This document shows, piece after piece, positions 28,700-40,900 of a DNA stretch of 64,000 bases. The translations under genes and the position numbers were made by a program. The DNA is from Eledone cirrhosa (taxonomy: Eukaryota), in assembly GCA_964016885.1 (NCBI GenBank), contig OZ024750.1, forward strand, positions 28,396,001-28,460,000, written 5' to 3'. The notes under the pieces were generated by a model. That model was not told the DNA's origin and did not search any database. It was given only the letters and a program-made list of their open reading frames with translations. Position 1 is the first letter of the stretch. Each line of letters opens with the position of its first letter.

Positions 28700-31201
28700 G
28701 TCTAAATGAAGGACTGGACTCATCAACACACTGCGGTGTCTAAATAAAAGACTGGACTCATCAACACACAGCGGTGTCTAAATGAAGGACTGGACTCATC
28801 AACACACAGCGGTGTCTAAATGAAAGACTGGACTCATCAACACACTGCGGTGTCTAAATGAAGGACTGGACTCATCAACACACAGCGGTGTCTAAATGAA
28901 GGACTGGACTCATCAACACACAGCGGTGTCTAAATGAAGGACTGGACTCATCAACACACTGCGGTGTCTAAATGAAAGACTGGACTCATCAACACACTGC
29001 GGTGTCTAAATGAAGGACTGGACTCATCAACACACTGCGGTGTCTAAATAAAAGACTGGACTCATCAACAAACTGCGGTGTCTAAATGAAAGACTGGACT
29101 CATCAACACACTGCGGTGTCTAAATGAAGGACTGGACTCATCAACACACAGCGGTGTCTAAATGAAAGACTGGACTCATCAACACACTGCGGTGTCTAAA
29201 TGAAAGACTGGACTCATCAACACACTGCGGTGTCTAAATGAAGGACTGGACTCATCAACACACTGCGGTGTCTAAATGAAGGACTGGACTCATCAACACA
29301 CTGCGGTGTCTAAATAAAAGACTGGACTCATCAACACACAGCGGTGTCTAAATGAAGGACTGGACTCATCAACACACAGCGGTGTCTAAATGAAAGACTG
29401 GACTCATCAACACACTGCGGTGTCTAAATGAAGGACTGGACTCATCAACACACAGCGGTGTCTAAATGAAGGACTGGACTCATCAACACACAGCGGTGTC
29501 TAAATGAAAGACTGGACTCATCAACACACAGCGGTGTCTAAATGAAGGACTGGACTCATCAACACACAGCGGTGTCTAAATGAAAGACTGGACTCATCAA
29601 CACACTGCGGTGTCTAAATGAAAGACTGGACTCATCAACACACTGCGGTGTCTAAATGAAGGACTGGACTCATCAACACACAGCGGTGTCTAAATGAAGG
29701 ACTGGACTCATCAACACACAGCGGTGTCTAAATGAAAGACTGGACTCATCAACACACTGCGGTGTCTAAATGAAAGACTGGACTCATCAACACACTGCGG
29801 TGTCTAAATGAAGGACTGGACTCATCAACACACAGCGGTGTCTAAATGAAAGACTGGACTCATCAACACACTGCGGTGTCTAAATGAAGGACTGGACTCA
29901 TCAACACACTGTGGTGTCTAAATGAAGGACTGGACTCATCAACACACAGCGGTGTCTAAATGAAGGACTGGACTCATCAACACACAGCGGTGTCTAAATA
30001 AAAGACTGGACTCATCAACACACAGCGGTGTCTAAATGAAGGACTGGACTCATCAACACACTGCGGTGTCTAAATGAAAGACTGGACTCATCAACACACT
30101 GTGATGTCTAAATGAAAGACTGGACTCATCAACACACTGTGATGTCTAAATGAAGGACTGGACTCATCAACACACAGCGGTGTCTAAATGAAGGACTGGA
30201 CTCATCAACACACTGCGGTGTCTAAATGAAGGACTGGACTCATCAAGACACTGCGGTGTCTAAATGAAGGACTGGACTCATCAACACACTGCGGTGTCTA
30301 AATGAAGGACTGGACTCATCAACACACTGTGATGTCTAAATGAAGGACTGGACTCATCAACACACTGTGATGTCTAAATGAAAGACTGGACTCATCAACA
30401 CACTGTGATGTCTAAATGAAGGACTGGACTCATCAACACACTGTGATGTCTAAATGAAAGACTGGACTCATCAACACACTGCGGTGTCTAAATGAAAGAC
30501 TGGACTCATCAACACACTGCGGTGTCTAAATGAAAGACTGGACTCATCAACACACTGCGGTGTCTAAATGAAGGACTGGACTCATCAACACACTGTGATG
30601 TCTAAATGAAGGACTGGACTCATCAACACACTGTGGTGTCTAAATGAAAGACTGGACTCATCAACACACTGTGGTGTCTAAATGAAAGACTGGTCTCATC
30701 AACACACTGTGATGTTTAAATGAAGGACTGGACTCATCAACACACTGTGGTGTCTAAATGAAGGACTGGACTCATCAACACACTGTGATGTCTAAATGAA
30801 GGACTGGACTCATCAACACACTGTGATGTCTAAATGAAGGACTGGACTCATCAACACACTGTGGTGTCTAAATGAAGGACTGGACTCATCAACACACTGC
30901 GGTGTCTAAATGAAAGACTGGACTCATCAACACACTGTGATGTCTAAATGAAGGACTGGACTCATCAACACACTGTGATGTCTAAATGAAGGACTGGACT
31001 CATCAACACACTGTGATGTCTAAATGAAGGACTGGACTCATCAACACACTGTGATGTCTAAATGAAAGGCTGGACTCATCAACACACTGTGATGTCTAAA
31101 TGAAAGGCTGGACTCATCAACACACTGTGATGTCTAAATGAAAGGCTGGACTCATCAACACACTGTGATGTCTAAATGAAAGACTGGACTCATCAACACA
31201 C
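28700..31201. repeat. 38-bp tandem array (GTCTAAATGAA(G/A)GACTGGACTCATCAACACAC(T/A)GCGGT), 66 copies
   Basis: TCTAAATG at 28701 and 31171, a difference of exactly 65 x 38. Confidence 0.99.
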
Positions 31202-31265
31202 GGCGATCCTTCTACAAATGATGGAGACTAGACACCTGTAGGGACAGCTGACTATGAAAGCCCCT

Positions 31266-31595
31266 AGAGTGGCACCCCACCGACTGGCTGCACCAGTGGC
31301 ACATCAAAAGTGTTACCCCAACAACTGGCTGCACCAGTGGCACATCTAAAGTGTTACCCCACCGACTGGCTGCACCAGTGACACATCTAAAATGTTACCC
31401 CAACGACTGGTTGCACTAGTGGCATATCTATAGTGTCACGCCAACCACTGGCTGCACCAGTGGCACATCTACAGTATCACCCCAACGACTGGTTGCACTA
31501 GTGGCACATCTATAGTGTCACCCCAACCGCTGGCTGCACCAGTGGCACATCTACAATGATACCCTCAACGACTGGCTGCTACAGTGGCACATCTA
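31266..31595. repeat. 41-bp tandem array, 8 copies, with an internal ACTGG-CTGCA-CCAGT hairpin
   Basis: ACTGG recurs at 31283, 31324, 31365 and onward. Confidence 0.95.
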
Positions 31596-31988
31596 TTACT
31601 AACCTACTCCCAGGACATTGTACTACCTGTTGTAATAAAGGTTACTACCTACCTGTTGTAATAAATATTACTTAGTGTTGATGTCACTTTTGTCAGTTGA
31701 GTCACGAGTCATTAATTCTCTTTATAATTATCTTTTGTAGATTTTTGTTCCAGACGTGACTATACTGTACGTGTTGGACATACTTCTCTCAGGAGGGGTG
31801 TTTCACTACAATATGGAGTCACAGACAAGCCCAGGTCTCCCAGACTACCATGGCAATGACAGGCGAGATTGGCATTCTGCCGAGAAAGGATAGTGAGGAC
31901 AACTGGGTTCGCGAGTTCGACATCTCAATCAGCTCTATAAGACGGGTGACAGAAAAATGACGAAGATTTCAAAGGTCATTACACAGTG

Positions 31989-34900
31989 TTTTCGAACGTG
32001 AAACCTTAAAGTTACTAAGTGAAGTCTTTCGAACGTGAAACCTTAAAGTTACTAAGTGAAGTCTTTTCGAATGTGAAACCTTAAAGTTACTAAGTGAAGT
32101 CTTTTCGAATGTGAAACCTTAAAGTTACTAAGTGAAGTCTTTTCGAATGTGAAACCTTAAAGTTACTAAGTGAAGTCTTTTCGAATGTGAAACCTTAAAG
32201 TTACTAAGTGAAGTCTTTTCGAATGTGAAACCTTAAAGTTACTAAGTGAAGTCTTTCGAACGTAAAACCTTAAAGTTACTAAGTGAAGTCTTTCGAACGT
32301 GAAACCTTAAAGTTACTAAGTGAAGTCTTTCGAACGTGAAACCTTAAAGTTACTAAGTGAAGTCTTTCGAACGTGAAACCTTAAAGTTACTAAGTGAAGT
32401 CTTTCGAACGTGAAACCTTAAAGTTACTAAGTGAAGTCTTTCGAACGTGAAACCTTAAAGTTACTAAGTGAAGTCTTTCGAACGTGAAACCTTAAAGTTA
32501 CTAAGTGAAGTCTTTTCAAATGTGAAACCTTAAAGTTACTAAGTGAAGTCTTTTCGAATGTGAAACCTTAAAGTTACTAAGTGAAGTCTTTTCGAACGTG
32601 AAACCTTAAAGTTACTAAATGAAGTCTTTTCGAACGTGAAACCTTAAAGTTACTAAATGAAGTCTTTTCGAATGAGAAACCTTAAAGTTACTAAGTGAAG
32701 TCTTTCGAACGTGAAACCTTAAAGTTACTAAGTGAAGTCTTTTCGAATGTGAAACCTTAAAGTTACTAAGTGAAGTCTTTCGAACGTGAAACCTTAAAGT
32801 TACTAAGTGAAGTCTTTCGAACGTGAAACCTTAAAGTTACTAAGTGAAGTCTTTCGAACGTGAAACATTAAAGTTACTAAGTGAAGTCTTTTCGAATGTG
32901 AAACCTTAAAGTTCCTAAGTGAAGTCTTTCGAACGTGAAACCTTAAAGTTACTAAGTGAAGTCTTTCGAACGTGAAACCTTAAAGTTACTAAGTGAAGTC
33001 TTTTCGAATGTGAAACCTTAAAGTTACTAAATGAAGTCTTTTCGAACGTGAAACCTTAAAGTTACTAAATGAAGTCTTTTCGAATGTGAAACCTTAAAGT
33101 TACTAAATGAAGTCTTTTCGAATGTGAAACCTTAAAGTTACTAAGTGAAGTCTTTCGAACGTGAAACCTTAAAGTTACTAAGTGAAGTCTTTCGAACGTG
33201 AAACCTTAAAGTTACTAAGTGAAGTCTTTTCGAATGTGAAACCTTAAAGTTACTAAATGAAGTATTTTCGAATGTGAAACCTTAAAGTTACTAAGTGAAG
33301 TCTTTCGAATGTGAAATCTTAAAGTTACTAAATGAAGTCTTTTCGAATGTGAAACCTTAAAGTTACTAAGTGAAGTCTTTCGAACGTGAAACCATAAAGT
33401 TACTAAATGAAGTCTTTTCGAATGTGAAACCTTAAAGTTACTAAGTGAAGTCTTTCGAACGTGAAACCTTAAAGTTACTAAATGAAGTCTTTTCGAACGT
33501 GAAACCTTAAAGTTCCTAAGTGAAGTCTTTCGAATGTGAAACCTTAAAGTTACTAAGTGAAGTCTTTCGAACGTGAAACCTTAAAGTTACTAAGTGAAGT
33601 CTTTTCGAATGTGAAACCTTAAAGTTACTAAATGAAGTATTTTCGAATGTGAAACCTTAAAGTTACTAAGTGAAGTCTTTCGAATGTGAAATCTTAAAGT
33701 TACTAAATGAAGTCTTTTCGAATGTGAAACCTTAAAGTTACTAAGTGAAGTCTTTCGAACGTGAAACCATAAAGTTACTAAATGAAGTCTTTTCGAATGT
33801 GAAACCTTAAAGTTACTAAGTGAAGTCTTTCGAACGTGAAACCTTAAAGTTACTAAATGAAGTCTTTTCGAACGTGAAACCTTAAAGTTCCTAAGTGAAG
33901 TCTTTCGAATGTGAAACCTTAAAGTTACTAAGTGAAGTCTTTCGAACGTGAAACCTTAAAGTTACTAAGTGAAGTCTTTCTAACGTGAAACCTTAAAGTT
34001 ACTAAGTGAAGTCTTTCGAACATGAAACCTTAAAGTTACTAAGTGAAGTATTTTCGAATGTGAAACCTTAAAGTTCCTAAGTGAAGTCTTTCGAATGTGA
34101 AACCTTAAAGTTACTAAGTGAAGTCTTTCGAACGTGAAACCTTAAAGTTACTAAGTGAAGTCTTTCGAACGTGAAACCTTAAAGTTAATAAATGAAGTCT
34201 TTTCGAACGTGAAACCTTAAAGTTCCTAAGTGAAGTTTTTCGAATGTGAAACCTTAAAGTTACTAAGTGAAGTCTTTTCGAATGTGAAACCTTAAAGTTC
34301 CTTAGTGAAGTCTTTCGAACGTGAAACCTTAAAGTTACTAAGTGAAGTCTTTCGAACGTGAAACCTTAAAGTTCCTAAGTGAAGTCTTTCGAATGTGAAA
34401 CCTTAAAGTTACTAAGTGAAGTCTTTCGAACGTGAAACCTTAAAGTTACTAAGTGAAGTCTTTCGAACGTGAAACCTTAAAGTTACTAAATGAAGTCTTT
34501 TCGAACGTGAAACCTTAAAGTTCCTAAGTGAAGTCTTTCGAATGTGAAACCTTAAAGTTACTAAGTGAAGTCTTTTCGAATGTGAAACCTTAAAGTTCCT
34601 AAGTGAAGTCTTTCGAACGTGAAACCTTAAAGTTACTAAGTGAAGTCTTTTCGAACGTGAAACCTTAAAGTTCCTAAGTGAAGTCTTTCGAATGTGAAAC
34701 CTTAAAGTTACTAAGTGAAGTCTTTCGAACGTGAAACCTTAAAGTTACTAAGTGAAGTCTTTCGAATGTGAAAACTTAAAGTTACTAAGTGAAGTCTTTT
34801 CGAACGTGAAACCTTAAAGTTACTAAGTGAAGTCTTTCGAACGTGAAACCTTAAAGTTACTAAATGAAGTCTTTCGAACGTGAAACCTTAAAGTTACTAA

Positions 34901-37900
34901 GTGAAGTCTTTCGAACGTGAAACCTTAAAGTTACTAAGTGAAGTCTTTCCTAATGTGAAACCTTAAAGTTACTAAGTGAAGTCTTTCGAACGTGAAACCT
35001 TAAAGTTACTAAGTGAAGTCTTTTCGAATGTGAAACCTTAAGGTTACTAAGTGAAGTCTTTCGAACGTGAAACCTTAAAGTTACTAATTGAAGTCTTTCG
35101 AACGTGAAACCTTAAAGTTACTAGGTGAACTCTTTTCGAATGTGAAACCTTAAAGTTACTAAGTGAAGTCTTTCGAACGTGAAACCTTAAAGTTACTAAG
35201 TGAAGTCTTTCGAACGTGAAACCTTAAAGTTACTAGGTGAAGTCTTTTCGAATGTGAAACCTTAAAGTTACTAAATGAAGTCTTTTCGAATGTGAAACCT
35301 TAAAGTTACTAAGTGAAGTCTTTCGAATGTGAAACCTTAAAGTTACTAAATGAAGTCTTTTCGAATGTGAAACCTTAAAGTTACTAAGTGAAGTCTTTCG
35401 AACGTGAAACCTTAAAGTTCCTAAGTGAAGTCTTTCGAATGTGAAACCTTAAAGTTACTAAGTGAAGTCTTTTCGAATGTGAAACCTTAAAGTTACTAAG
35501 TGAAGTCTTTCGAACGTGAAACCTTAAAGTTACTAAGTGAAGTCTTTCGAACGTGAAACCTTAAAGTTACTAAGTGAAGTCTTTTCGAACGTGAAACCTT
35601 AAAGTTCCTAAGTGAAGTCTTTCGAATGTGAAACCTTAAAGTTACTAAGTGAAGTCTTTCGAACGTGAAACCTTAAAGTTACTAAGTGAAGTCTTTCGAA
35701 TGTGAAACCTTAAAGTTACTAAGTGAAGTCTTTTCGAACGTGAAACCTTAAAGTTACTAAGTGAAGTCTTTCGAACGTGAAACCTTAAAGTTACTAAGTG
35801 AAGTCTTTCGAACGTGAAACCTTAAAGTTAATAAATGAAGTCTTTTCGAACGTGAAACCTTAAAGTTCCTAAGTGAAGTTTTTCGAATGTGAAACCTTAA
35901 AGTTACTAAGTGAAGTCTTTTCGAATGTGAAACCTTAAAGTTCCTTAGTGAAGTCTTTCGAACGTGAAACCTTAAAGTTACTAAGTGAAGTCTTTCGAAC
36001 GTGAAACCTTAAAGTTCCTAAGTGAAGTCTTTCGAATGTGAAACCTTAAAGTTACTAAGTGAAGTCTTTCGAACGTGAAACCTTAAAGTTACTAAGTGAA
36101 GTCTTTCGAACGTGAAACCTTAAAGTTACTAAATGAAGTCTTTTCGAACGTGAAACCTTAAAGTTCCTAAGTGAAGTCTTTCGAATGTGAAACCTTAAAG
36201 TTACTAAGTGAAGTCTTTTCGAATGTGAAACCTTAAAGTTCCTAAGTGAAGTCTTTCGAACGTGAAACCTTAAAGTTACTAAGTGAAGTCTTTTCGAACG
36301 TGAAACCTTAAAGTTCCTAAGTGAAGTCTTTCGAATGTGAAACCTTAAATTTACTAAGTGAAGTCTTTCGAACGTGAAACCTTAAAGTTACTAAGTGAAG
36401 TCTTTCGAATGTGAAAACTTAAAGTTACTAAGTGAAGTCTTTTCGAACGTGAAACCTTAAAGTTACTAAGTGAAGTCTTTCGAACGTGAAACCTTAAAGT
36501 TACTAAATGAAGTCTTTCGAACGTGAAACCTTAAAGTTACTAAGTGAAGTCTTTCGAACGTGAAACCTTAAAGTTACTAAGTGAAGTCTTTCCTAATGTG
36601 AAACCTTAAAGTTACTAAGTGAAGTCTTTCGAACGTGAAACCTTAAAGTTACTAAGTGAAGTCTTTTCGAATGTGAAACCTTAAGGTTACTAAGTGAAGT
36701 CTTTCGAACGTGAAACCTTAAAGTTACTAATTGAAGTCTTTCGAACGTGAAACCTTAAAGTTACTAGGTGAACTCTTTTCGAATGTGAAACCTTAAAGTT
36801 ACTAAGTGAAGTCTTTCGAACGTGAAACCTTAAAGTTACTAAGTGAAGTCTTTCGAACGTGAAACCTTAAAGTTACTAGGTGAAGTCTTTTCGAATGTGA
36901 AACCTTAAAGTTACTAAATGAAGTCTTTTCGAATGTGAAACCTTAAAGTTACTAAGTGAAGTCTTTCGAATGTGAAACCTTAAAGTTACTAAATGAAGTC
37001 TTTTCGAATGTGAAACCTTAAAGTTACTAAGTGAAGTCTTTCGAACGTGAAACCTTAAAGTTCCTAAGTGAAGTCTTTCGAATGTGAAACCTTAAAGTTA
37101 CTAAGTGAAGTCTTTTCTAATGTGAAACCTTAAAGTTACTAAGTGAAGTCTTTCGAACGTGAAACCTTAAAGTTACTAAGTGAAGTCTTTCGAACGTGAA
37201 ACCTTAAAGTTACTAAGTGAAGTCTTTTCGAACGTGAAACCTTAAAGTTCCTAAGTGAAGTCTTTCGAATGTGAAACCTTAAAGTTACTAAGTGAAGTCT
37301 TTCGAACGTGAAACCTTAAAGTTACTAAGTGAAGTCTTTCGAATGTGAAACCTTAAAGTTACTAAGTGAAGTCTTTTCGAACGTGAAACCTTAAAGTTAC
37401 TAAGTGAAGTCTTTCGAACGTGAAACCTTAAAGTTACTAAATGAAGTCTTTCGAACGTGAAATCTTAAAGTTACTAAGTGAAGTCTTTCGAACGTGAAAC
37501 CTTAAAGTTACTAAGTGAAGTCTTTCGAATGTGAAACCTTAAAGTTACTAAGTGAAGTCTTTCGAACGTGAAACCTTAAAGTTACTAAGTGAAGTCTTTT
37601 CGAATGTGAAACCTTAAGGTTACTAAGTGAAGCCTTTCGAACGTGAAACCTTAAAGTTACTAATTGAAGTCTTTCGAACGTGAAACCTTAAAGTTACTAG
37701 GTGAAGTCTTTTCGAATGTGAAACCTTAAGGTTACTAAGTGAAGTCTTTCGAACGTGAAACCTTAAAGTTACTAAGTGAAGTCTTTCGAACGTGAAACCT
37801 TAAAGTTACTAGGTGAAGTCTTTTCGAATGTGAAACCTTAAAGTTACTAAGTGAAGTCTTTTCGAATGTGAAACCTTAAAGTTACTAAGTGAAGTCTTTC

Positions 37901-40900
37901 GAATGTGAAACCTTAAAGTTACTAAATGAAGTCTTTTCGAATGTGAAACCTTAAAGTTACTAAGTGAAGTCTTTCGAACGTGAAACCTTAAAGTTACTAA
38001 ATGAAGTCTTTTCGAATATGAAACCTTAAAGTTACTAAGTGAAGTCTTTCGAACGTGAAACCTTAAAGTTACTAAATGAAGTCTTTTCGAATGTGAAACC
38101 TTAAAGTTACTAAGTGAAGTCTTTTCGAACGTGAAACCTTAAAGTTCCTAAGTGAAGTCTTTCGAATGTGAAACCTTAAAGTTACTAAGTGAAGTCTTTC
38201 GAACGTCAAACCTTAAAGTTTCTAAGTGAAGTCTTTCGAATGTGAAACCTTAAAGTTACTAAGTGAAGTCTTTCGAACGTGAAACCTTAAAGTTACTAAG
38301 TGAAGTCTTTCGAACGTGAAACCTTAAAGTTACTAAATGAAGTCTTTTCGAACGTGAAACCTTAAAGTTCCTAAGTGAAGTCTTTCGAATGTGAAACCTT
38401 AAAGTTCCTAAGTGAAGTCTATCGAACGTGAAACCTTAAAGTTACTAAGTGAAGTCTTTCGAACGTGAAACCTTAAAGTTACTAAGTGAAGTCTTTCGAA
38501 CGTGAAACCTTAAAGTTACTAAATGAAGTCTTTTCGAATGTGAAACCTTAAAGTTACTAAGTGAAGTCTTTCGAACGTGAAACCTTAAAGTTACTAAATG
38601 AAGTCTTTTCGAACGTGAAACCTTAAAGTTCCTAATTGAAGTCTTTCGAATGTGAAACCTTAAAGTTACTAAGTGACGTCTTTCGAACGTGAAACCTTAA
38701 AGTTACTAAGTGAAGTCTTTCGAATGTGAAACCTTAAAGTTACTAAGTGAAGTCTTTTCGAACGTGAAACCTTAAAGTTACTAAGTGAAGTCTTTCGAAC
38801 GTGAAACCTTAAAGTTACTAAATGAAGTCTTTCGAACGTGAAACCTTAAAGTTACGAAGTGAAGTCTTTCGAACGTGAAACCTTAAAGTTACTAAGTGAA
38901 GTCTTTCGAATGTGAAACCTAAAATGTTACTAAGTGAAGTCTTTCGAACGTGAAACCTTAAAGTTACTAAGTGAAGTCTTTCGAACGTGAAACCTTAAAG
39001 TTACTAAGTGAAGTCTTTTCGAATGTGAAACCTTAAAGTTACTAAATGAAGTCTTTCGAACGTGAAACCTTAAAGTTACTAAGTGAAGTCTTTCGAATGT
39101 GAAACCTTAAAGTTACTAAATGAAGTCTTTTCGAATGTGAAACCTTAAAGTTGCTAAGTGAAGTCTTTCGAACGTGAAACCTTAAAGTTACTAAATGAAG
39201 TCTTTTCGAACGTGAAACCTTAAAGTTCCTAAGTGAAGTCTTTCGAATGTGAAACCTTAAAGTTACTAAGTGAAGCCTTTTCGAATGTGAAACCTTAAAG
39301 TTACTAAGTGAAGTCTTTCGAACGTGAAACCTTAAAGTTACTAAGTGAAGTCTTTCGAACGTGAAACCTTAAAGTTACTAAGTGAAGTCTTTCGAACGTG
39401 AAACCTTAAAGTTACTAAGTGAAGTCTTTTCGAATGTGAAACCTTAAAGTTACTAAATGAAGTCTTTTCGAATGTGAAACCTTAAAGTTACTAAGTGAAG
39501 TATTTCGAACGTGAAACCTTAAAATTACTAAATGAAGTCTTTCGAACGTGAAACCTTAAAGTTACTAAGTGAAGTCTTTCGAACGTGAAACCTTAAAGTT
39601 ACTAAGTGAAGTCTTTCGAATGTGAAACCTTAAAGTTACTAAGTGAAGTCTTTCGAACGTGAAACCTTAAAGTTACTAAGTGAAGTCTTTCGAACGTGAA
39701 ACCTTAAAGTTACTAGGTGAAGTCTTTTCGAATGTGAAACCTTAAAGTTACTAAGTGAAGTCTTTCGAACGTGAAACCTTAAAGTTACTAAGTGAAGTCT
39801 TTTCGAACGTGAAACCTTAAAGTTCCTAAGTGAAGTCTTTCGAATGTGAAACCTTAAAGTTACTAAGTGAAGTCTTTCGAACGTGAAACCTTAAAGTTAC
39901 TAAGTGAAGTCTTTCGAATGTGAAACCTTAAAGTTACTAAGTGAAGTCTTTTCGAACGTGAAACCTTAAAGTTACTAAGTGAAGTCTTTCGAACGTGAAA
40001 CCTTAAAGTTACTAAATGAAGTCTTTCGAACGTGAAACCTTAAAGTTACTAAGTGAAGTCTTTCGAACGTGAAACCTTAAAGTTACTAAGTGAAGTCTTT
40101 CGAATGTGAAACCTTAAAGTTACTAAGTGAAGTCTTTCGAACGTGAAACCTTAAAGTTACTAAGTGAAGTCTTTTCGAATGTGAAACCTTAAGGTTACTA
40201 AGTGAAGTCTTTCGAACGTGAAACCTTAAAGTTACTAATTGAAGTCTTTCGAACGTGAAACCTTAAAGTTACTAGGTGAAGTCTTTTCGAATGTGAAACC
40301 TTAAGGTTACTAAGTGAAGTCTTTCGAACGTGAAACCTTAAAGTTACTAAGTGAAGTCTTTCGAACGTGAAACCTTAAAGTTACTAGGTGAAGTCTTTTC
40401 GAATGTGAAACCTTAAAGTTATTAAATGAAGTCTTTTCGAATGTGAAACCTTAAAGTTACGAAGTGAAGTCTTTCGAATGTGAAACCTTAAAGTTACTAA
40501 ATGAAGTCTTTTCGAATGTGAAACCTTAAAGTTACTAAGTGAAGTCTTTCGAACGTGAAACCTTAAAGTTACTAAATGAAGTCTTTTCGAATGTGAAACC
40601 TTAAAGTTACTAAGTGAAGTCTTTCGAACGTGAAACCTTAAAGTTACTAAATGAAGTCTTTTCGAATGTGAAACCTTAAAGTTACTAAGTGAAGTCTTTT
40701 CGAACGTGAAACCTTAAAGTTTCTAAGTGAAGTCTTTCGAATGTGAAACCTTAAAGTTACTAAGTGAAGTCTTTCGAACGTCAAACCTTAAAGTTTCTAA
40801 GTGAAGTCTTTCGAATGTGAAACCTTAAAGTTACTAAGTGAAGTCTTTCGAACGTGAAACCTTAAAGTTACTAAATGAAGTCTTTTCGAACGTGAAACCT

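Noticed and set aside
28700-31201. Minus-strand TGATGAGTCC resembling a hammerhead core (tandem retrozyme array)
   Set aside because: C3 is missing without compensation and no GAAA follows a stem II, so no hammerhead fold can be drawn.
31266-31595. CRISPR-like hairpin repeats
   Set aside because: The linkers are homologous to each other, so this is a plain tandem repeat.
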